DNA of 52,355 bases from an uncultured Polynucleobacter sp. (GTDB lineage Bacteria > Pseudomonadota > Gammaproteobacteria > Burkholderiales > Burkholderiaceae): assembly GCA_937996825.1 (NCBI GenBank), contig CALKUJ010000337.1, positions 1-52,355 of the forward strand, in the 5' to 3' direction. The translations under genes and the position numbers were made by a program. Below the pieces are notes generated by a model that worked only from the letters and a program-made list of their open reading frames with translations, had not been told where the DNA came from and searched no databases. Shown one piece after another: positions 51,239 to 52,355 of the stretch (within the stretch, counting starts at the first letter, position 1; each line of letters opens with the position of its first letter).

Positions 51239-52114
51239 ATGACGAGTACAAGATTACGCTTTACCAAAATGCATGGCGCTGGCAATGACTTCATTGTCCT
51301 GAATGGGATATCTCAAGACCTCTCAGGCATCACCAAAGCGCAATGGGCAAGACTTGCACACCGTCAATTTGGTATTGGTGCTGATCAAATCCTTTTGGTA
51401 GAAAAGCCCACAGTTGCAGACGCAGAGTTTCGTTACAGAATTTTTAACTCTGATGGCGGTGAAGTTGAGCAATGTGGCAACGGATCTCGTTGTTTTGTCC
51501 GCTTTGTCAGAGAAAAAGGTCTCACAAAAAATAAAACCGTCAAAGTTCAAGTGGCTCACACCATCTTGTCATTGACCGAAAACGATGATGGTCAAGTGAC
51601 AGTGAACATGGGTGCCCCCATCCTTTCGAATGAGCTGATTCCTTTCAAATCTTCAGGCCTTCAGGAAAAGGTTGAAGGAAAAGCCAACTTATATCAATTG
51701 GAGCTTGGCGATCATGCCGTGTGGATCAATGCGATATCGATGGGCAATCCACATGCGGTGCAAATTGTGCAAGATGTTGAGACTGCACCTGTTGCCAAAG
51801 ATGGTCCACAGATAGAAACAAATTTGGCATTTCCGAAAAAGGTGAATGCTGGCTTTATGCAAATTCAAAATCGCCACGAAGTAAAACTGCGCGTCTTTGA
51901 AAGAGGCTCAGGAGAAACATTGGCTTGCGGAACCGGTGCTTGCGCAGCAGTGGTATCTGGAGTTTTGCGAGGTCAGTTGGATTCCCCAGTGACTGTTCAT
52001 ACACGTGGCGGAGATCTGAGTATTGCTTGGGACAATGCTTCTTCCATGCAAAATCCGGTCATGATGACCGGACCAGCTCAAACTGTTTTTGAAGGCGAGA
52101 TCACTCTCGACTAA
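51239..52114 (+). CDS. dapF: Diaminopimelate epimerase
   Basis: [24 protein letters not shown] and [13 protein letters not shown] motifs. Confidence 0.97.
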   Translation: MTSTRLRFTKMHGAGNDFIVLNGISQDLSGITKAQWARLAHRQFGIGADQILLVEKPTVADAEFRYRIFNSDGGEVEQCGNGSRCFVRFVREKGLTKNKTVKVQVAHTILSLTENDDGQVTVNMGAPILSNELIPFKSSGLQEKVEGKANLYQLELGDHAVWINAISMGNPHAVQIVQDVETAPVAKDGPQIETNLAFPKKVNAGFMQIQNRHEVKLRVFERGSGETLACGTGACAAVVSGVLRGQLDSPVTVHTRGGDLSIAWDNASSMQNPVMMTGPAQTVFEGEITLD

Positions 52115-52131
52115 GCGTTAGCTTAATGACA

Positions 52132-52355
52132 TTAAACGCCGTACTTATCTCGGTAGGCTTTCACAGCTGGTAAGTATTGTTGCAACTCTTTGCTTTGGCT
52201 TGACTCTAGAAAACTCATCAAACTTGCCAGATTTGCAATAGATACCACTGGCATACCAAACTCTTTTTCTACATTTTGTACGGCAGAGCTATCAGCAATC
52301 TCGGTAGCAGTTCCAGCCCTTTCCATGCGGTCCAATGCAATCAGAACAGCCGCAG
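52132..52355 (-). CDS. pyrE: Orotate phosphoribosyltransferase, C-terminal part; runs off the window edge
   Basis: AVLIALDRMER...SAVQ.V...V.SI..L...YR..YG matches the PyrE C-terminus. Confidence 0.88.
   Translation of the reverse strand, partial: AAVLIALDRMERAGTATEIADSSAVQNVEKEFGMPVVSIANLASLMSFLESSQSKELQQYLPAVKAYRDKYGV

Overview
A densely packed, AT-leaning chromosomal segment from a streamlined Burkholderiales bacterium; gene order and composition suggest Polynucleobacter-like, by inference only. Most of it is housekeeping: ptsI-ptsH-EIIA, gshB-gshA, a sigma54/NtrC-controlled torF-like-glnK-amtB operon, ubiK, lipA-lipB-ybeD, birA-coaX, rfaE2, dsbA-SPOR-argS, split metH, phaM-like, can, a Bug receptor, glmS-glmU, ttcA-folB, cca, slt, metF-ahcY-metK (SAH and SAM-II-class riboswitches), dapF and pyrE. 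The accessory block at about 15.4-24.2 kb is a compact light/photo-oxidative stress module. A LitR/CarH-like MerR-B12 regulator and an FeS-type (6-4) photolyase lie divergent from an exported glutathione peroxidase, folE2, a hairpin RNA candidate with an anti-Shine-Dalgarno-like loop, and a furan-fatty-acid-like cluster (ufaD/ufaO/ufaM-like, SDR, SnoaL). Many genes show a TANNNT-N6-8-ATG leaderless signature, including back-to-back divergent pairs. I saw no mobile element, CRISPR array, tRNA or rRNA.
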